Part shown: in pieces, positions 54,119-64,000 of the stretch
Numbering within the stretch: position 1 is the first letter of the stretch
Layout of the letters: the number at the start of each line of letters is the position of its first letter
Translations under genes and position numbers: made by a program
Assembly (NCBI RefSeq): GCF_046093005.1
Contig: NZ_JBJTER010000089.1
Coordinates: forward strand, 9,816-73,815
Direction of reading: 5' to 3'
DNA from: Aestuariivirga sp.
GTDB taxonomy: Bacteria; Pseudomonadota; Alphaproteobacteria; Rhizobiales; Aestuariivirgaceae
Length of the DNA: 64,000 nt
The notes under the pieces: model-generated
The model's database searches: none
What the model saw: only the letters and a program-made list of their open reading frames with translations
Told to the model about the DNA's origin: nothing

Positions 54119-57100
54119 TTACGAGCAGCCGCTCGTCGAGCCGCAGGTATCGCACTTCAGGCAGGTGCCGTTGCGCACCATGGTGAAGTTGCCGCATTCG
54201 GAGCAGCTCTCGCCCTCATAGCCCTTCATGCGCGCCTCCATGCGCCGGTCCGCGGTGGCGATGATTGTGGTCTCCATGGCCACCGCCATCTCCTGGCGCG
54301 GCGCCGCGAAGGCGGCTGCGGCGGCCTCGGCAAGCGCCAGCGCTCCTTGCGCCTCAGCCCGCAGCTGCAGCGCCGGAGCCGCCGCCTGCGCGCCCGACAT
54401 CACCACCACATTGGCGGAGGCGAGGTTTGGCTTGCGCACGAAGCCCGACGACAGCACCCGGGCGGCGGGCACGCGCGGCGCATTGTCAGCCCCTTCGCCC
54501 TTGCCCAGCGCGTCGAAGCCCATTTCGGAGGCCTCGACATGGGCAAGGTCGCTACGGCCCAGATAGGACACGGCCAGCTCCCGGAACACATAATCGAGGA
54601 TCGAGGTGGCGTTCTTGATCGAGTCGTTGCCCTGCACCATGCCCGCCGGCTCGAACTTGGTGAAGGTGAAGGCGTCGACGAACTCGTCCAGCGGCACGCC
54701 ATATTGCAGGCCCACCGACACGGCGATGGCGAAGTTGTTCATCATCGCCCGCAGCGCCGCACCTTCCTTGTGCATGTCGATGAAGATCTCGCCCAGCGTG
54801 CCGTCGTCATACTCGCCAGTGCGCAGATAGACCTTGTGGCCGCCCACCACCGCCTTCTGGGTATAGCCCTTGCGGCGGTGCGGCAGCTTGAGGCGGGAAC
54901 GCTCACGCTCCACCACCCGCTCGACGATCTTCTCGACCACCGTCTCGACGCGGGCCGCCACGGGCCTGGCCAGCAGGGCCTCCGCCATGTCCTCCGCATC
55001 GTCATCCTCGTCGGCGATGAGCTGGGAGGAGAGGGGCTGGGAAAGCTTGGAGCCGTCGCGGTAGAGCGCGTTGGCCTTGAGCGCCAGCTTCCACGACAGC
55101 ATGTAGGCGCTGGCGCAATCCTCGACCGCGGCGTCATTCGGCATGTTGATGGTCTTGGAGATGGCCCCCGAGATGAAGGGCTGGCTCGCCGCCATCATGC
55201 GGATGTGGCTTTCGACCGACAGGTAGCGCTTGCCCAGCCTGCCGCAGGCATTGGCGCAGTCGAACACCGGCAGGTGCTCCGGCCTGAGGCCGGGCGCACC
55301 CTCGAGGGTCATGGCGCCGCAGACATGGACATTGGCCTTCTCGACATCGGCCTTGGAGAAGCCGAGGCGGGCCAGCATGTCGAAGCCGAAATCATTGAGT
55401 TCGGCATCGGTGAGGCCCAGCGCGTCGCGGCAGAAGGCTTCGCCCAGCGTCCACTTGTTGAACACGAACTTGATGTCGAAGGCCGAGGCGAGGCCAGCCT
55501 CGACCTTGGCGATCTGCTCATCGCCGAAGCCCTTGGCCTTCAGCGCCGCGTGGTTGATGCCGGGCGCGTCAGCGAGCGAGCCGTGGCCCACCGCATAGGC
55601 GATGATCTTCTCGATCTCGTCCTGGCCGTAGCCCAGCGTCCGCAGCGCCTCCGGCACCGCCTGGTTGATGATCTTGAAATAGCCGCCGCCCGCCAGCTTC
55701 TTGAATTTCACCAGCGCGAAATCAGGCTCGATGCCGGTGGTGTCGCAATCCATGACCAGGCCGATCGTGCCGGTGGGCGCGATCACCGTTGACTGGGCGT
55801 TGCGGTAGCCGTGCTGCTCGCCGAGCGAGACCGCGAGATCCCAGGCGCGGCGGGCCGCCGCCGCCAGCGCCCTGTCCTTGAGGTCGGTTTCATCAAGCGC
55901 CACCGGAACGGTGTTGAGGCCTTCATAGCCGACGGCGGCGCCATAGGCGGCGCGGCGGTGGTTGCGCATCACCCGCAGCATGTGCTCGCGGTTCCTGGCG
56001 AAGCCCGGGAAGGGGCCAAGCTCCTTCGCCATCTCGGCCGAGGTGGCGTAGGAAATGCCGGTCATGATCGCCGAGATCGCGGCGCAGATGGCGCGCCCCT
56101 CGTGGCTGTCATAGGGGATGCCGCCGGTCATCAGGAGGCCGCCGATATTGGCGAAGCCCAGACCCAGGGTGCGGAACTCGTAGGACAGGCGGGCGATTTC
56201 CTTTGAGGGAAACTGCGCCATCATCACCGAAACCTCGAGCACCACCGTCCACAGCCGCACCGCATGCTCGAAGGAGGCGATGTCGAAGCGGCCGGTGGCG
56301 GCATCGCGGAACTGCAGAAGGTTCAGCGAAGCGAGGTTGCAGGCGGTGTCGTCCAGGAACATATATTCCGAGCACGGGTTCGATGCGCGGATCGGCCCCG
56401 AGGCCGGGCAGGTGTGCCAGTCGTTGATGGTGGTGTGATACTGGATGCCGGGATCGGCCGAAGCCCAGGCGGCATGGGCGATCCGGTCCCACAGGGCGGA
56501 GGCCTTCAGCGTCTTGGTCACCTTGCCGGAGAGCCGCGAGGACAGCTGCCAGTCGGCGTCGCGCTCCACCGCCTGCAAGAAGGCGTCGTTGACCCGGACC
56601 GAGTTGTTGGAGTTCTGGCCGGACACCGTGCGGTAGGCCTCGCCGTCCCAGTCGGTGTCGTAGGTGTCAAAGGCGATTTCGGTGTAACCCTGCCGGGCGA
56701 ACTGGATCACCCGCTTGATATAGTTGTCGGACACCAGCGCCTTGCGCGCTTCCTTGACGGCGCGCTTCAAGGCCGGATTCTTGTCGATGGCGAAGCAGTC
56801 CTCGCCGGGGCCTTCGCAATTGACGCAGGCCTTCATCACGGCCTGAAGATGCTTCTTCACGGTCTTCGAGCCGGTGACCAGCGAGGCCACTTTCTGCTCC
56901 TCGCGCACCTTCCACTCAATGAATTCCTCGATGTCCGGATGATCGACGTCGACGATCACCATCTTGGCGGCGCGCCTCGTCGTGCCGCCCGACTTGATGG
57001 CGCCGGCCGCGCGGTCGCCGATCTTGAGGAAGCTCATCAGGCCGGAGGACTTGCCGCCGCCCGACAGCTTCTCATTCTCGCCGCGCAGGTTGGAGAAGTT

Positions 57101-57799
57101 GGAGCCGGTGCCCGAACCATATTTGAAGAGACGCGCCTCGCGCACCCACAGGTCCATGATGCCGCCGTCGTTGACGAGGTCATCGGCCACCGACTGGATG
57201 AAGCAGGCGTGCGGCTGCGGATGCTCATAGGCCGACTTCGACTTGGTGAGGCGGCCGGTTTCGGGATCGACATAATAGTGGCCCTGGCCGGGGCCATCGA
57301 TGCCATAGGCCCAGTGCAGGCCGGTGTTGAACCACTGCGGCGAATTGGGCGCGCATTTCTGGGTGGCGAGCATGTGGCAGAGCTCGTCGTAGAAGGCGCG
57401 GGCATCTTCCTCGGTATCGAAATACTTGCCCTTCCAGCCCCAGTAGGTCCAGGTGCCGGCCAGCCGGTTGAATACCTGGGTCGACGAATGCTCGCCGGTG
57501 TAGCGCTGCTTTTCGGGGAGTGCCGCGAGCGCCTCCTCGTCGGGCACCGAGCGCCACAGCCAGGAGGGGACCGTCTCCTCCTCGACCCGCTTCAGGGCCG
57601 CCGGCACGCCGGCCTTGCGAAAATACTTCTGCGCCAGAATATCGGCCGCCACCTGGCTCCAGGAGGCGGGCACGTCGATGTTCTCCAGCCGGAACACCAC
57701 CGAGCCATCCGGGTTCTTGATCTCGCTCGTGGCGCGGCGGAACTCGATGTCCGCGTAAGGTTCCTGTCCCGGCTTGGTGTAGCGGCGTTCAATGCGCAT
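54119..57799 (-). CDS. nrdJ: Class II adenosylcobalamin-dependent ribonucleotide reductase
   Basis: [41 protein letters not shown] domain, C-terminal Zn ribbon. Confidence 0.97.
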   Translation of the reverse strand: MRIERRYTKPGQEPYADIEFRRATSEIKNPDGSVVFRLENIDVPASWSQVAADILAQKYFRKAGVPAALKRVEEETVPSWLWRSVPDEEALAALPEKQRYTGEHSSTQVFNRLAGTWTYWGWKGKYFDTEEDARAFYDELCHMLATQKCAPNSPQWFNTGLHWAYGIDGPGQGHYYVDPETGRLTKSKSAYEHPQPHACFIQSVADDLVNDGGIMDLWVREARLFKYGSGTGSNFSNLRGENEKLSGGGKSSGLMSFLKIGDRAAGAIKSGGTTRRAAKMVIVDVDHPDIEEFIEWKVREEQKVASLVTGSKTVKKHLQAVMKACVNCEGPGEDCFAIDKNPALKRAVKEARKALVSDNYIKRVIQFARQGYTEIAFDTYDTDWDGEAYRTVSGQNSNNSVRVNDAFLQAVERDADWQLSSRLSGKVTKTLKASALWDRIAHAAWASADPGIQYHTTINDWHTCPASGPIRASNPCSEYMFLDDTACNLASLNLLQFRDAATGRFDIASFEHAVRLWTVVLEVSVMMAQFPSKEIARLSYEFRTLGLGFANIGGLLMTGGIPYDSHEGRAICAAISAIMTGISYATSAEMAKELGPFPGFARNREHMLRVMRNHRRAAYGAAVGYEGLNTVPVALDETDLKDRALAAAARRAWDLAVSLGEQHGYRNAQSTVIAPTGTIGLVMDCDTTGIEPDFALVKFKKLAGGGYFKIINQAVPEALRTLGYGQDEIEKIIAYAVGHGSLADAPGINHAALKAKGFGDEQIAKVEAGLASAFDIKFVFNKWTLGEAFCRDALGLTDAELNDFGFDMLARLGFSKADVEKANVHVCGAMTLEGAPGLRPEHLPVFDCANACGRLGKRYLSVESHIRMMAASQPFISGAISKTINMPNDAAVEDCASAYMLSWKLALKANALYRDGSKLSQPLSSQLIADEDDDAEDMAEALLARPVAARVETVVEKIVERVVERERSRLKLPHRRKGYTQKAVVGGHKVYLRTGEYDDGTLGEIFIDMHKEGAALRAMMNNFAIAVSVGLQYGVPLDEFVDAFTFTKFEPAGMVQGNDSIKNATSILDYVFRELAVSYLGRSDLAHVEASEMGFDALGKGEGADNAPRVPAARVLSSGFVRKPNLASANVVVMSGAQAAAPALQLRAEAQGALALAEAAAAAFAAPRQEMAVAMETTIIATADRRMEARMKGYEGESCSECGNFTMVRNGTCLKCDTCGSTSGCS

Positions 57800-58042
57800 A
57801 ATCGGTCCCTCTTTTCATGTTCGTTGCCTCGCGCGCACAACCATGCGCAACCGAGGTGCTTCTTCCACCCTGCTGCAAGACACACTCCCTGACCCCGGAA
57901 ACCAACGCCCCCGGGACCCTGCCGGCTCTTCTTTTCGGTTAAGTCGTCACGGGGAAGGTAGCCCTTCCGCCGCGTCCCCTCACGTCTCGGCCTTGAGAAA
58001 GAGACTAGTACCGAACCCGGACAGCCGTCAACAGCTAGTGTG

Positions 58043-58072
58043 TTAACGAGAGGTTAACACCAGATGTTGTGG
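58043..58072. promoter_or_regulatory. Overlapping CtrA box and NrdR box upstream of nrdJ
   Basis: TTAACGAGAGGTTAAC (58043-58) and ACACCAGATGTTGTGG (58057-72). Confidence 0.62.
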
Positions 58073-58284
58073 TTGCAACCTGAGGCAGGCTCTCCATTAC
58101 AGATTGTTCATCCGATTCTTTGCATAAATTCAAGAACTCCGGGCGCTTATGCCCGCTATCAACAGCGGCGGATGAGGCGGAGAGGCGGCCGCCAGGCTGG
58201 AGATCGGAACAAGAGTTCGGAACAAACAGGGCGGCTGGCATGGCTAATCACCGCTATCCACAGCCCCGGGGCGGCGCCTCGGGG

Positions 58285-59844
58285 CTAGAATTCGGCCTGT
58301 TGACCCATGGGCACCCCGGGTTTCGGTTCCCGAATCGGGCCGAGCCGCCACAGCAGCAGGAGCGCCAGCGAGGTGAGGCCGCCCATCATCAGCCAGGCTT
58401 CGTTGATGGCCATGGTGACCGCGGTTTCCTGGATAATGTCCATGACGCCCAGCAGACCCAGGGGATCGTCCGGGTCGGGGAATTCCTCGGGCGGGATGGC
58501 CATGAGGGCTGATGCGGCGGCGGGGTCGGCCGTCATCATCTCCTGCAACCGGTCGGCGTGCTCGGAGGTGCGGGTGAACAAGATCGTGTCGATCAGCGCG
58601 ATGCCGATCACCCCGCCAAGGGCGCGGGAAAGATTGTAAAGTCCGCTGCCGTCGCTCACCCGGTCGAGCGGCAGGAAGCCGAGCGCGAAACGGGTGACCG
58701 GCACGATGCAGAAGCCCAGCGCGATGCCGCGCACCACCTGCGGCCAGAACAGCTCGTCATAGCCCGAAAGCCTGGTCTCGAAGCCGCTCATGAACAGCCC
58801 GGCCGCGAAGGCGGCGAAGCCCAGGATGCTCAGCAGGCGGGCCGGGGCGATCCTGTCGAGCAGCACGGAAACCGGGGCCGAAACGAGTTGAGCAAGCCCC
58901 GTCACCAGCACCACCATGCCGATCTCGACCGGGCCCATATAGCGCACCAGCGACAGGAACACCGGCATGAGATAGACCGAGCCATAAAGCCCGATGCCGA
59001 CGAAAAAGCTCAAGGCACAGCCATAGGCGAGGTAGCGGTCGCGCAGCAGGCTGAAATCGACGGCGGGCTTCGGGCGGATGACGGTCAGCGCCATGAGCAC
59101 GGCGCAGCCCAGCAGCAGCGACAGCGTCACCGGCGACAGCCAGCCCAGTTCCGGGGCCTGCTTGAGGCCGATCTCGAGGGCCGCGAGGGACCCCGCGATC
59201 ATCACCACCGAAGCGATGTCCAGGTCGCGCAGCAGGCCGAGCTGCCGAGGTTCGCGCGGCAGGCACAGCAGGGTGATCAGCACCACGATTACGCCCGGCC
59301 CCACATTGATCAGGAACAGCCAGTGCCAGGACAGGTTTTCGGTGATGAGCCCGCCCATGATCGGGCCCATCGAGGGGGCGATCACCGCCACCACGCCGCC
59401 CAGCACGGTGGCCACCGCCTGTTCGGTGCCGGGGCGGAACAGCAGGAACACCGCCGCGAACACCACTGGCATCAGCACGCCCGCCGCCATGCCCTGCAGC
59501 ACCCGGAAGCCCACCAGGCTGGCAAAACCGGTGCTCGCCGCGCAGCCGACCGAGGCCAGCACGAACATGATGGTGGCGGCGATCACCAGCGTGCGCATGC
59601 TCAACACCCGCATCAGCAGGCCGGTGAGCGGGATGGTGATGATCTCGGCGATGAGATAGGAGGTTTGAACCCAGCTCATGCGGTCGGCGCCGATGTCGAG
59701 CGACTTCTCGATCACGCCGAGCGAGGTGACGACGATCTGGATATCGAGCACGGCCATGAACATGGCGAGGCACAGGCCGGCGAAGCCCAGCCATGTGCGC
59801 AGCGCGCCCGCCGGCCGGGCGTTTGCGTCGATCATCGTCATCAT
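58285..59844 (-). CDS. DHA2 (EmrB/QacA)-family MFS efflux pump
   Basis: MAVLDIQIV, WVQTSYLIAE, FRVLQG, WHWLFLINV, SGLYNLSRALGG. Confidence 0.92.
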   Translation of the reverse strand: MMTMIDANARPAGALRTWLGFAGLCLAMFMAVLDIQIVVTSLGVIEKSLDIGADRMSWVQTSYLIAEIITIPLTGLLMRVLSMRTLVIAATIMFVLASVGCAASTGFASLVGFRVLQGMAAGVLMPVVFAAVFLLFRPGTEQAVATVLGGVVAVIAPSMGPIMGGLITENLSWHWLFLINVGPGVIVVLITLLCLPREPRQLGLLRDLDIASVVMIAGSLAALEIGLKQAPELGWLSPVTLSLLLGCAVLMALTVIRPKPAVDFSLLRDRYLAYGCALSFFVGIGLYGSVYLMPVFLSLVRYMGPVEIGMVVLVTGLAQLVSAPVSVLLDRIAPARLLSILGFAAFAAGLFMSGFETRLSGYDELFWPQVVRGIALGFCIVPVTRFALGFLPLDRVSDGSGLYNLSRALGGVIGIALIDTILFTRTSEHADRLQEMMTADPAAASALMAIPPEEFPDPDDPLGLLGVMDIIQETAVTMAINEAWLMMGGLTSLALLLLWRLGPIREPKPGVPMGQQAEF

Positions 59845-59939
59845 GCGGTAATATGGACCAAGGCCCGGCAAGCTCCAATGGCCGAAATCGCGATGTGAGG
59901 CTTGTCATTGCCGCAGGGATTTCCCTAAAATCGGCCGCC

Positions 59940-60200
59940 ATGCGCTCCGCGGTCTTGATCTCGCTGTCCCTCGTCTGCCCAGGTACGGCCTTCGCCATGA
60001 ACTGGGAAGGCCATGACGACTGGATGGAGAGCATGGAGCCCGCCGTGGTCTATGAGCAGGCCTTGCCCCATGCCGCGCCGAAGCCGCTGGCCGGCTGCGA
60101 AGACGTGAAGCCGCCCGCCGCCGATAACCCTTATGAGCAAATTCCGCTTGGCCGGCCGGATTGCCCCGTCATGCCAGAAATGCCAAAGCATCCGCGCTGA
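59940..60200 (+). CDS. Small exported hypothetical protein
   Basis: Signal peptide ending AFA, then NWEGHDDW and two Cys; 86 aa. Confidence 0.5.
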   Translation: MRSAVLISLSLVCPGTAFAMNWEGHDDWMESMEPAVVYEQALPHAAPKPLAGCEDVKPPAADNPYEQIPLGRPDCPVMPEMPKHPR

Positions 60201-60236
60201 GCCCGATCCGCCGCCGCAACAGGAATAACGCCCCCC

Positions 60237-62252
60237 GTGTTCGATTTCGTCCGGACCATCCTCGATTTCTTCTCATCCAATCCGGAGTGGGCGCTGGTCA
60301 TCATCTTCCTGATCGCCATGGGCGAGGCGCTGCTGATCATCGGATTGTTCGTGCCGTCGACGGCGGTTCTGGTGGGGGCGGGCGTTCTGGTCGGCACCGG
60401 GCACCTGGGTTTCTGGCCGGTGATCGTGGCCACCGCGGTGGGCTGCATCATCGGCGATCAGATATCCTACTGGGCGGGACGGCTGTTCGGCGAGCGGCTC
60501 AAGACCATGTGGCCCCTGTATCTCTACCCGCAGCTGGTGGCCAAGGGCGAGGATTTCGTGCGCCAGCACGGCGGCAAGAGCGTGGCCATCGGCCGCTTCG
60601 TGCCGGGCGTTAAATCGGTGGTTCCGGGCATCGTCGGCATGCTCGGCATGAACCAGACGTTCTTCCTGATCGTCAACGTGACGTCCGGAATCGTCTGGTC
60701 TTTCGCGCATGTGGTGCCGGGCGTGCTGATCGGGCAGGGGCTGGCCTTCGCCGGCGAACTCAGCGGCCGCCTGCTCGCCGTTCTGCTGGCGCTGCTCGTC
60801 ATCCTGGCGCTGGCGGGTTATGCGATCCGGCTCGCGGCGGCGGGCGTCTCGCCTTACCTGAACCATCTGCTGTCGCGCGTCTCCAGCTGGGCGCGGCGCA
60901 AGCAGGGCCGCTCCTGGCAGCGCTTCGCGCGCGCCGTGGCGCCCGAGAACCCGCGCTCGGTCATCATCGTGGTGTTCGCGGCGGTCGTCTTCGCCGGGCT
61001 CGCGGCGCTGATCAACATCGCGGTCAGGGCGGGATCCGGTTCGGCGATCTCCAACCTCGACATCTCGGTTGCCAGCCTGATGCGCGAATCGCGCAACGCG
61101 CCCGCCGACGAGATCATGACGGTGATCACCATGCTGGGCGATACGGTGGTGATGACGGCGCTGGCCGTCACCATCATCTTATGGCTGGTCTGGCGCAAGG
61201 CCTACCGGGCCGCCTGGGCGGCGGGCGTGGCGATTGCCGCCACCAAGCTGTTCGAACTGGCGCTCAAATACGGCCTGCACCGCGCCAGGCCGACCGAACT
61301 CGCCTACGCCGGGGCGAGCGAATACAGTTTCCCCTCCGGCCACGCCACCATGGCGGCGGTGATCTTCGGCATCCTCGCGGTGCTGGCGAGCCACGCCATG
61401 GGCCGCTGGGGCCGCGCGCTGGTCTATGCGATCTGCGGCCTGGCGGTGGTGGCGATCGCCTATTCGCGCGTCTATCTCGGGGCGCACTGGCTTACCGATG
61501 TGCTGGCCGGGCTCTTGTTCGGCGCCGTGATGACGGCCGCCTTCGGCGTGGCGATCGAGGCGATACCGCCGCGCCGCATCAAGCCGTGGGGCCTGCTCGC
61601 CGCCGCCTTCGTGGTGTTCCTCGGCGCCGGGGCGCTGCATGTGGCGCAAGGCTATGACCGCGCGCGGGAATTCTATGCCATGCCGGAGCGCCAGATCCTG
61701 GTGCCGCTGGCGCAATGGCGCGACCAGGACTGGCAGACCTTGCCCGCCCGCCGCATCGACTTCGGCGGCAGGCCGGGCGAAGTGTTCGTGGCCCAGCTGG
61801 CGGGTGGCGTCGCGGCGCTGGAACAAGCCGCCGTGGCAGCCGGCTGGACGAGCGAACCGGTGTGGACGTGGCGCGACAGCCTGCCCTACCTCAACCCCAA
61901 CGCCAGCTTGCCGGAACTGCCGCCGCGCCCCGCCCTGCATGAGGGGCTCGCCGCCAGGCTCACGATGACTCGCGCCGCGGGGGGCGGCGAAGCCCGCGAT
62001 GTGCTGCGCGTCTACAAGACGGCGCTCGCCGCCGCCGATGGCGACAATTATCAGCCGATCTTTCTGGTGAGTCTCACCCGCGAGGTGAAAGGCCGCGGTT
62101 TCGGGCTTTATGCCATTCCGGCGGTGGAGCCGGTACCGCCCGGGGACATCGCAGGCCTGCGGCAGCTGTTGGCGGCGGCGCCGGGGCTCAGCGTCGCGGG
62201 CCGCGAGGAGCGCGAGGGCCAAAGCCTCGATCTGATCGCAGCGAAGCCTTAA
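60237..62252 (+). CDS. Bifunctional DedA / PAP2 phosphatase with C-terminal soluble domain
   Basis: DedA (GDQISYW, GRFVP), PAP2 (RARP, SFPSGH, SRVYLGAHW), extra ~200-aa C-terminal domain. Confidence 0.9.
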   Translation: MFDFVRTILDFFSSNPEWALVIIFLIAMGEALLIIGLFVPSTAVLVGAGVLVGTGHLGFWPVIVATAVGCIIGDQISYWAGRLFGERLKTMWPLYLYPQLVAKGEDFVRQHGGKSVAIGRFVPGVKSVVPGIVGMLGMNQTFFLIVNVTSGIVWSFAHVVPGVLIGQGLAFAGELSGRLLAVLLALLVILALAGYAIRLAAAGVSPYLNHLLSRVSSWARRKQGRSWQRFARAVAPENPRSVIIVVFAAVVFAGLAALINIAVRAGSGSAISNLDISVASLMRESRNAPADEIMTVITMLGDTVVMTALAVTIILWLVWRKAYRAAWAAGVAIAATKLFELALKYGLHRARPTELAYAGASEYSFPSGHATMAAVIFGILAVLASHAMGRWGRALVYAICGLAVVAIAYSRVYLGAHWLTDVLAGLLFGAVMTAAFGVAIEAIPPRRIKPWGLLAAAFVVFLGAGALHVAQGYDRAREFYAMPERQILVPLAQWRDQDWQTLPARRIDFGGRPGEVFVAQLAGGVAALEQAAVAAGWTSEPVWTWRDSLPYLNPNASLPELPPRPALHEGLAARLTMTRAAGGGEARDVLRVYKTALAAADGDNYQPIFLVSLTREVKGRGFGLYAIPAVEPVPPGDIAGLRQLLAAAPGLSVAGREEREGQSLDLIAAKP

Positions 62253-62326
62253 ACAGAGGCCAAAACGGCACTGGACGAAGCCCCGGTCATCCGCCATATT
62301 CCGCCGCGATTTCAAGGCGGGACCGC

Positions 62327-62725
62327 ATGCAATTTCTGAAGCAGCTTTTCACCTGGTGGAACGGCCAGACACTGAACACCAGGTTCTATACCTGGCGCAA
62401 GGGCGAGTATGTCGGCGCTGACCAATACGGCAACAAATACTACCGCGCCAAATCGGCGGTGCCGGAATCGATCGCCGAGCGGCGCTGGGTGATCTACAAT
62501 GGCTATTCCGAAGCCTCCGCCATTCCGCCCGGCTGGCATGGCTGGATGCACCACCGCGCCGATGACCCGCCCACCGAAGAGACATACCAGCCGCGCGACT
62601 GGCAGAAGCCGCATCAGCCCAACATGACGGGAACGGTTGACGCCTACCGGCCCAAGGGCTCGATTCTGGCGGGCGCGGCGCCCGCCCCGCGCGCGCCGGA
62701 TTATTCGGCGTGGCGGCCCGAGTAG
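62327..62725 (+). CDS. NADH:ubiquinone oxidoreductase subunit NDUFA12 family
   Basis: FTWWNGQT, GADQYGNKYY, RRWVIY, IPPGWHGWMHH. Confidence 0.92.
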   Translation: MQFLKQLFTWWNGQTLNTRFYTWRKGEYVGADQYGNKYYRAKSAVPESIAERRWVIYNGYSEASAIPPGWHGWMHHRADDPPTEETYQPRDWQKPHQPNMTGTVDAYRPKGSILAGAAPAPRAPDYSAWRPE

Positions 62726-62789
62726 TGTGGTCATAGTTCGGCCCGGGTCCGTTGTGACACTGAACAAATCTGATCAGGAGTGAACCACT

Positions 62790-63272
62790 GTGGCTGGCGT
62801 GAAGGACTCGACCGTTGAGACGCTGATCGGCGCGGCGGTGATCGCCATTGCGGCGGCGTTCTTTTTGTTCGCCTACCAGACCTCCGACCAGGGCCATGCG
62901 GCGGGCTCCTACCGGCTCAGCGCCGAGTTCGACAATGCCGCCGGCGTGAGCGTGGGAACCGACGTGCGGGTGGCGGGCGTCAAGATTGGCTCGGTCGTCG
63001 ATTTCTCGCTCAATCCGGAAAACTTCCAGGCCAATGTGGTGATGGAGATCGACCCCAAGGTGAAGTTCACCGAGGACACCACGGCCAAGGTCACCTCGGA
63101 GGGGCTGCTCGGCTCCAATTTCATCGCGCTTGAGCAAGGCGGAGCGGAAACGGTGCTGGCCGATGGCGGGGTGATTTCCAATACCCAGGGCGCGGTCGAC
63201 ATCTGGTCGCTGATCAGCCAGGCGATGTTCGCCAACAAGGGCGGCGGCGCCCCGGAAGCCCCGACGCCGTGA
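62790..63272 (+). CDS. mlaD: MCE-domain lipid asymmetry protein MlaD
   Basis: ETLIGAAV, GTDVRVAGVKIG, SEGLLGSNFI. Confidence 0.9.
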   Translation: MAGVKDSTVETLIGAAVIAIAAAFFLFAYQTSDQGHAAGSYRLSAEFDNAAGVSVGTDVRVAGVKIGSVVDFSLNPENFQANVVMEIDPKVKFTEDTTAKVTSEGLLGSNFIALEQGGAETVLADGGVISNTQGAVDIWSLISQAMFANKGGGAPEAPTP

Positions 63273-63718
63273 GATATGTTGTCGTGGCGCTCGCGCTGGC
63301 TGCCGCCTGCGGCCCCGCGATGGCCGAGCGTATTTCGAACCCGATCGCGGTGTTCGCCGGCCTCGACAAGATCACCGGGGTCACCACCACTTTCGAAATC
63401 CCGATCGGCGAGCAGCGCCGCTTCGGCGCGGTGATCGTGCGGCCCAATGTGTGTTATTCGCGGCCGCCCACCGAGGAGCCGAAGACCACGAGCTTCGTCG
63501 AGATCGATCAGATCGAATCCGGCAATACGCGGCGGCGGGTGTTTTCCGGCTGGATGTTCGCCGAAAGCCCGGGCCTCAGCGGTCTCGAGCACGCCACCTA
63601 TGACATCTGGCTCACCGGCTGCCGCGACCCCAATGCGCCGCCGCCGCCGGTCGAGGCCACGCCGGACGCCAACGCGCTCCAGGATCAGACCGTGAAGGAA
63701 GGCGAGCCGGAGGACTGA
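63269..63718 (+). CDS. DUF2155-family protein
   Basis: [24 protein letters not shown]-x2-YD-x-W. Confidence 0.88.
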   Translation: MRYVVVALALAAACGPAMAERISNPIAVFAGLDKITGVTTTFEIPIGEQRRFGAVIVRPNVCYSRPPTEEPKTTSFVEIDQIESGNTRRRVFSGWMFAESPGLSGLEHATYDIWLTGCRDPNAPPPPVEATPDANALQDQTVKEGEPED

Positions 63719-64000
63719 GGCCGCCGCGCCCAGGCCAGCACGGCGTCCGGATCATCGTCCTGGGCGAAGGCGGAGAAATCCGCTTCCGCGGCGAGCAGGG
63801 GTTCCATCATCCGGTGATAATCGCCGCGCGGCACGGCGACGGCCCCGAGCCTTGCCAGATGGTCATTCACGAACTGCGCGTCGAGCAGCCGGAAGCCGCC
63901 GAAATTGAGCCGTGCGACGAGATGGACGAGCGCCACCTTGCTGGCGTCATCAGCGCGCGAGAACATGCTCTCGCCGAAGAACACCGCGCCGATGCGCACG
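63685..64000 (-). CDS. aat: Leucyl/phenylalanyl-tRNA-protein transferase (3' part)
   Basis: [28 protein letters not shown]. Confidence 0.93.
   Translation of the reverse strand, partial: VRIGAVFFGESMFSRADDASKVALVHLVARLNFGGFRLLDAQFVNDHLARLGAVAVPRGDYHRMMEPLLAAEADFSAFAQDDDPDAVLAWARRPQSSGSPSFTV

Overview
High-GC alphaproteobacterial chromosomal window, probably Hyphomicrobiales (inferred from the NDUFA12-mlaD-DUF2155-aat synteny, an MmgR/suhB-like sRNA and CtrA-type boxes). Its centre (22.4-47.1 kb) is about half of an anoxygenic photosynthesis gene cluster: bchIDO-crtIB, an inserted exported protein plus a TumE/TumA-like toxin-antitoxin pair, crtDC divergent from crtEF, then bchCXYZ-pufQBALMC running straight into pucBAC and a PucDE-like gene. 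bchFNBHLM, bchG/P, acsF/bchE, puh, ppsR and crtA are not in the window. Main oddities: an in-frame TAG in bchZ, which could be a sequencing error because other single-base anomalies occur elsewhere in the window; an LH2 alpha subunit lacking both B850 H-bond donors and carrying a ~52-aa tail; a PufC without a lipobox; helically phased ~11-bp repeat arrays after crtF and crtC; and unannotated small ORFs (a 35-aa membrane peptide coupled to crtB and a 28-aa Lys/Ala peptide). The left flank has a T1SS ATPase, frmA, a cutC-amidase-ABC operon, zupT, a nitroreductase/MarR pair, the B12 riboswitch-cbtBA-cobWNO operon, a TPR-SPOR gene and mrr. The right flank has hisN, ade, two antiporters, nrdJ, an MFS pump and DedA/PAP2. 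All family calls come from recognising motifs by eye; no database search was run.
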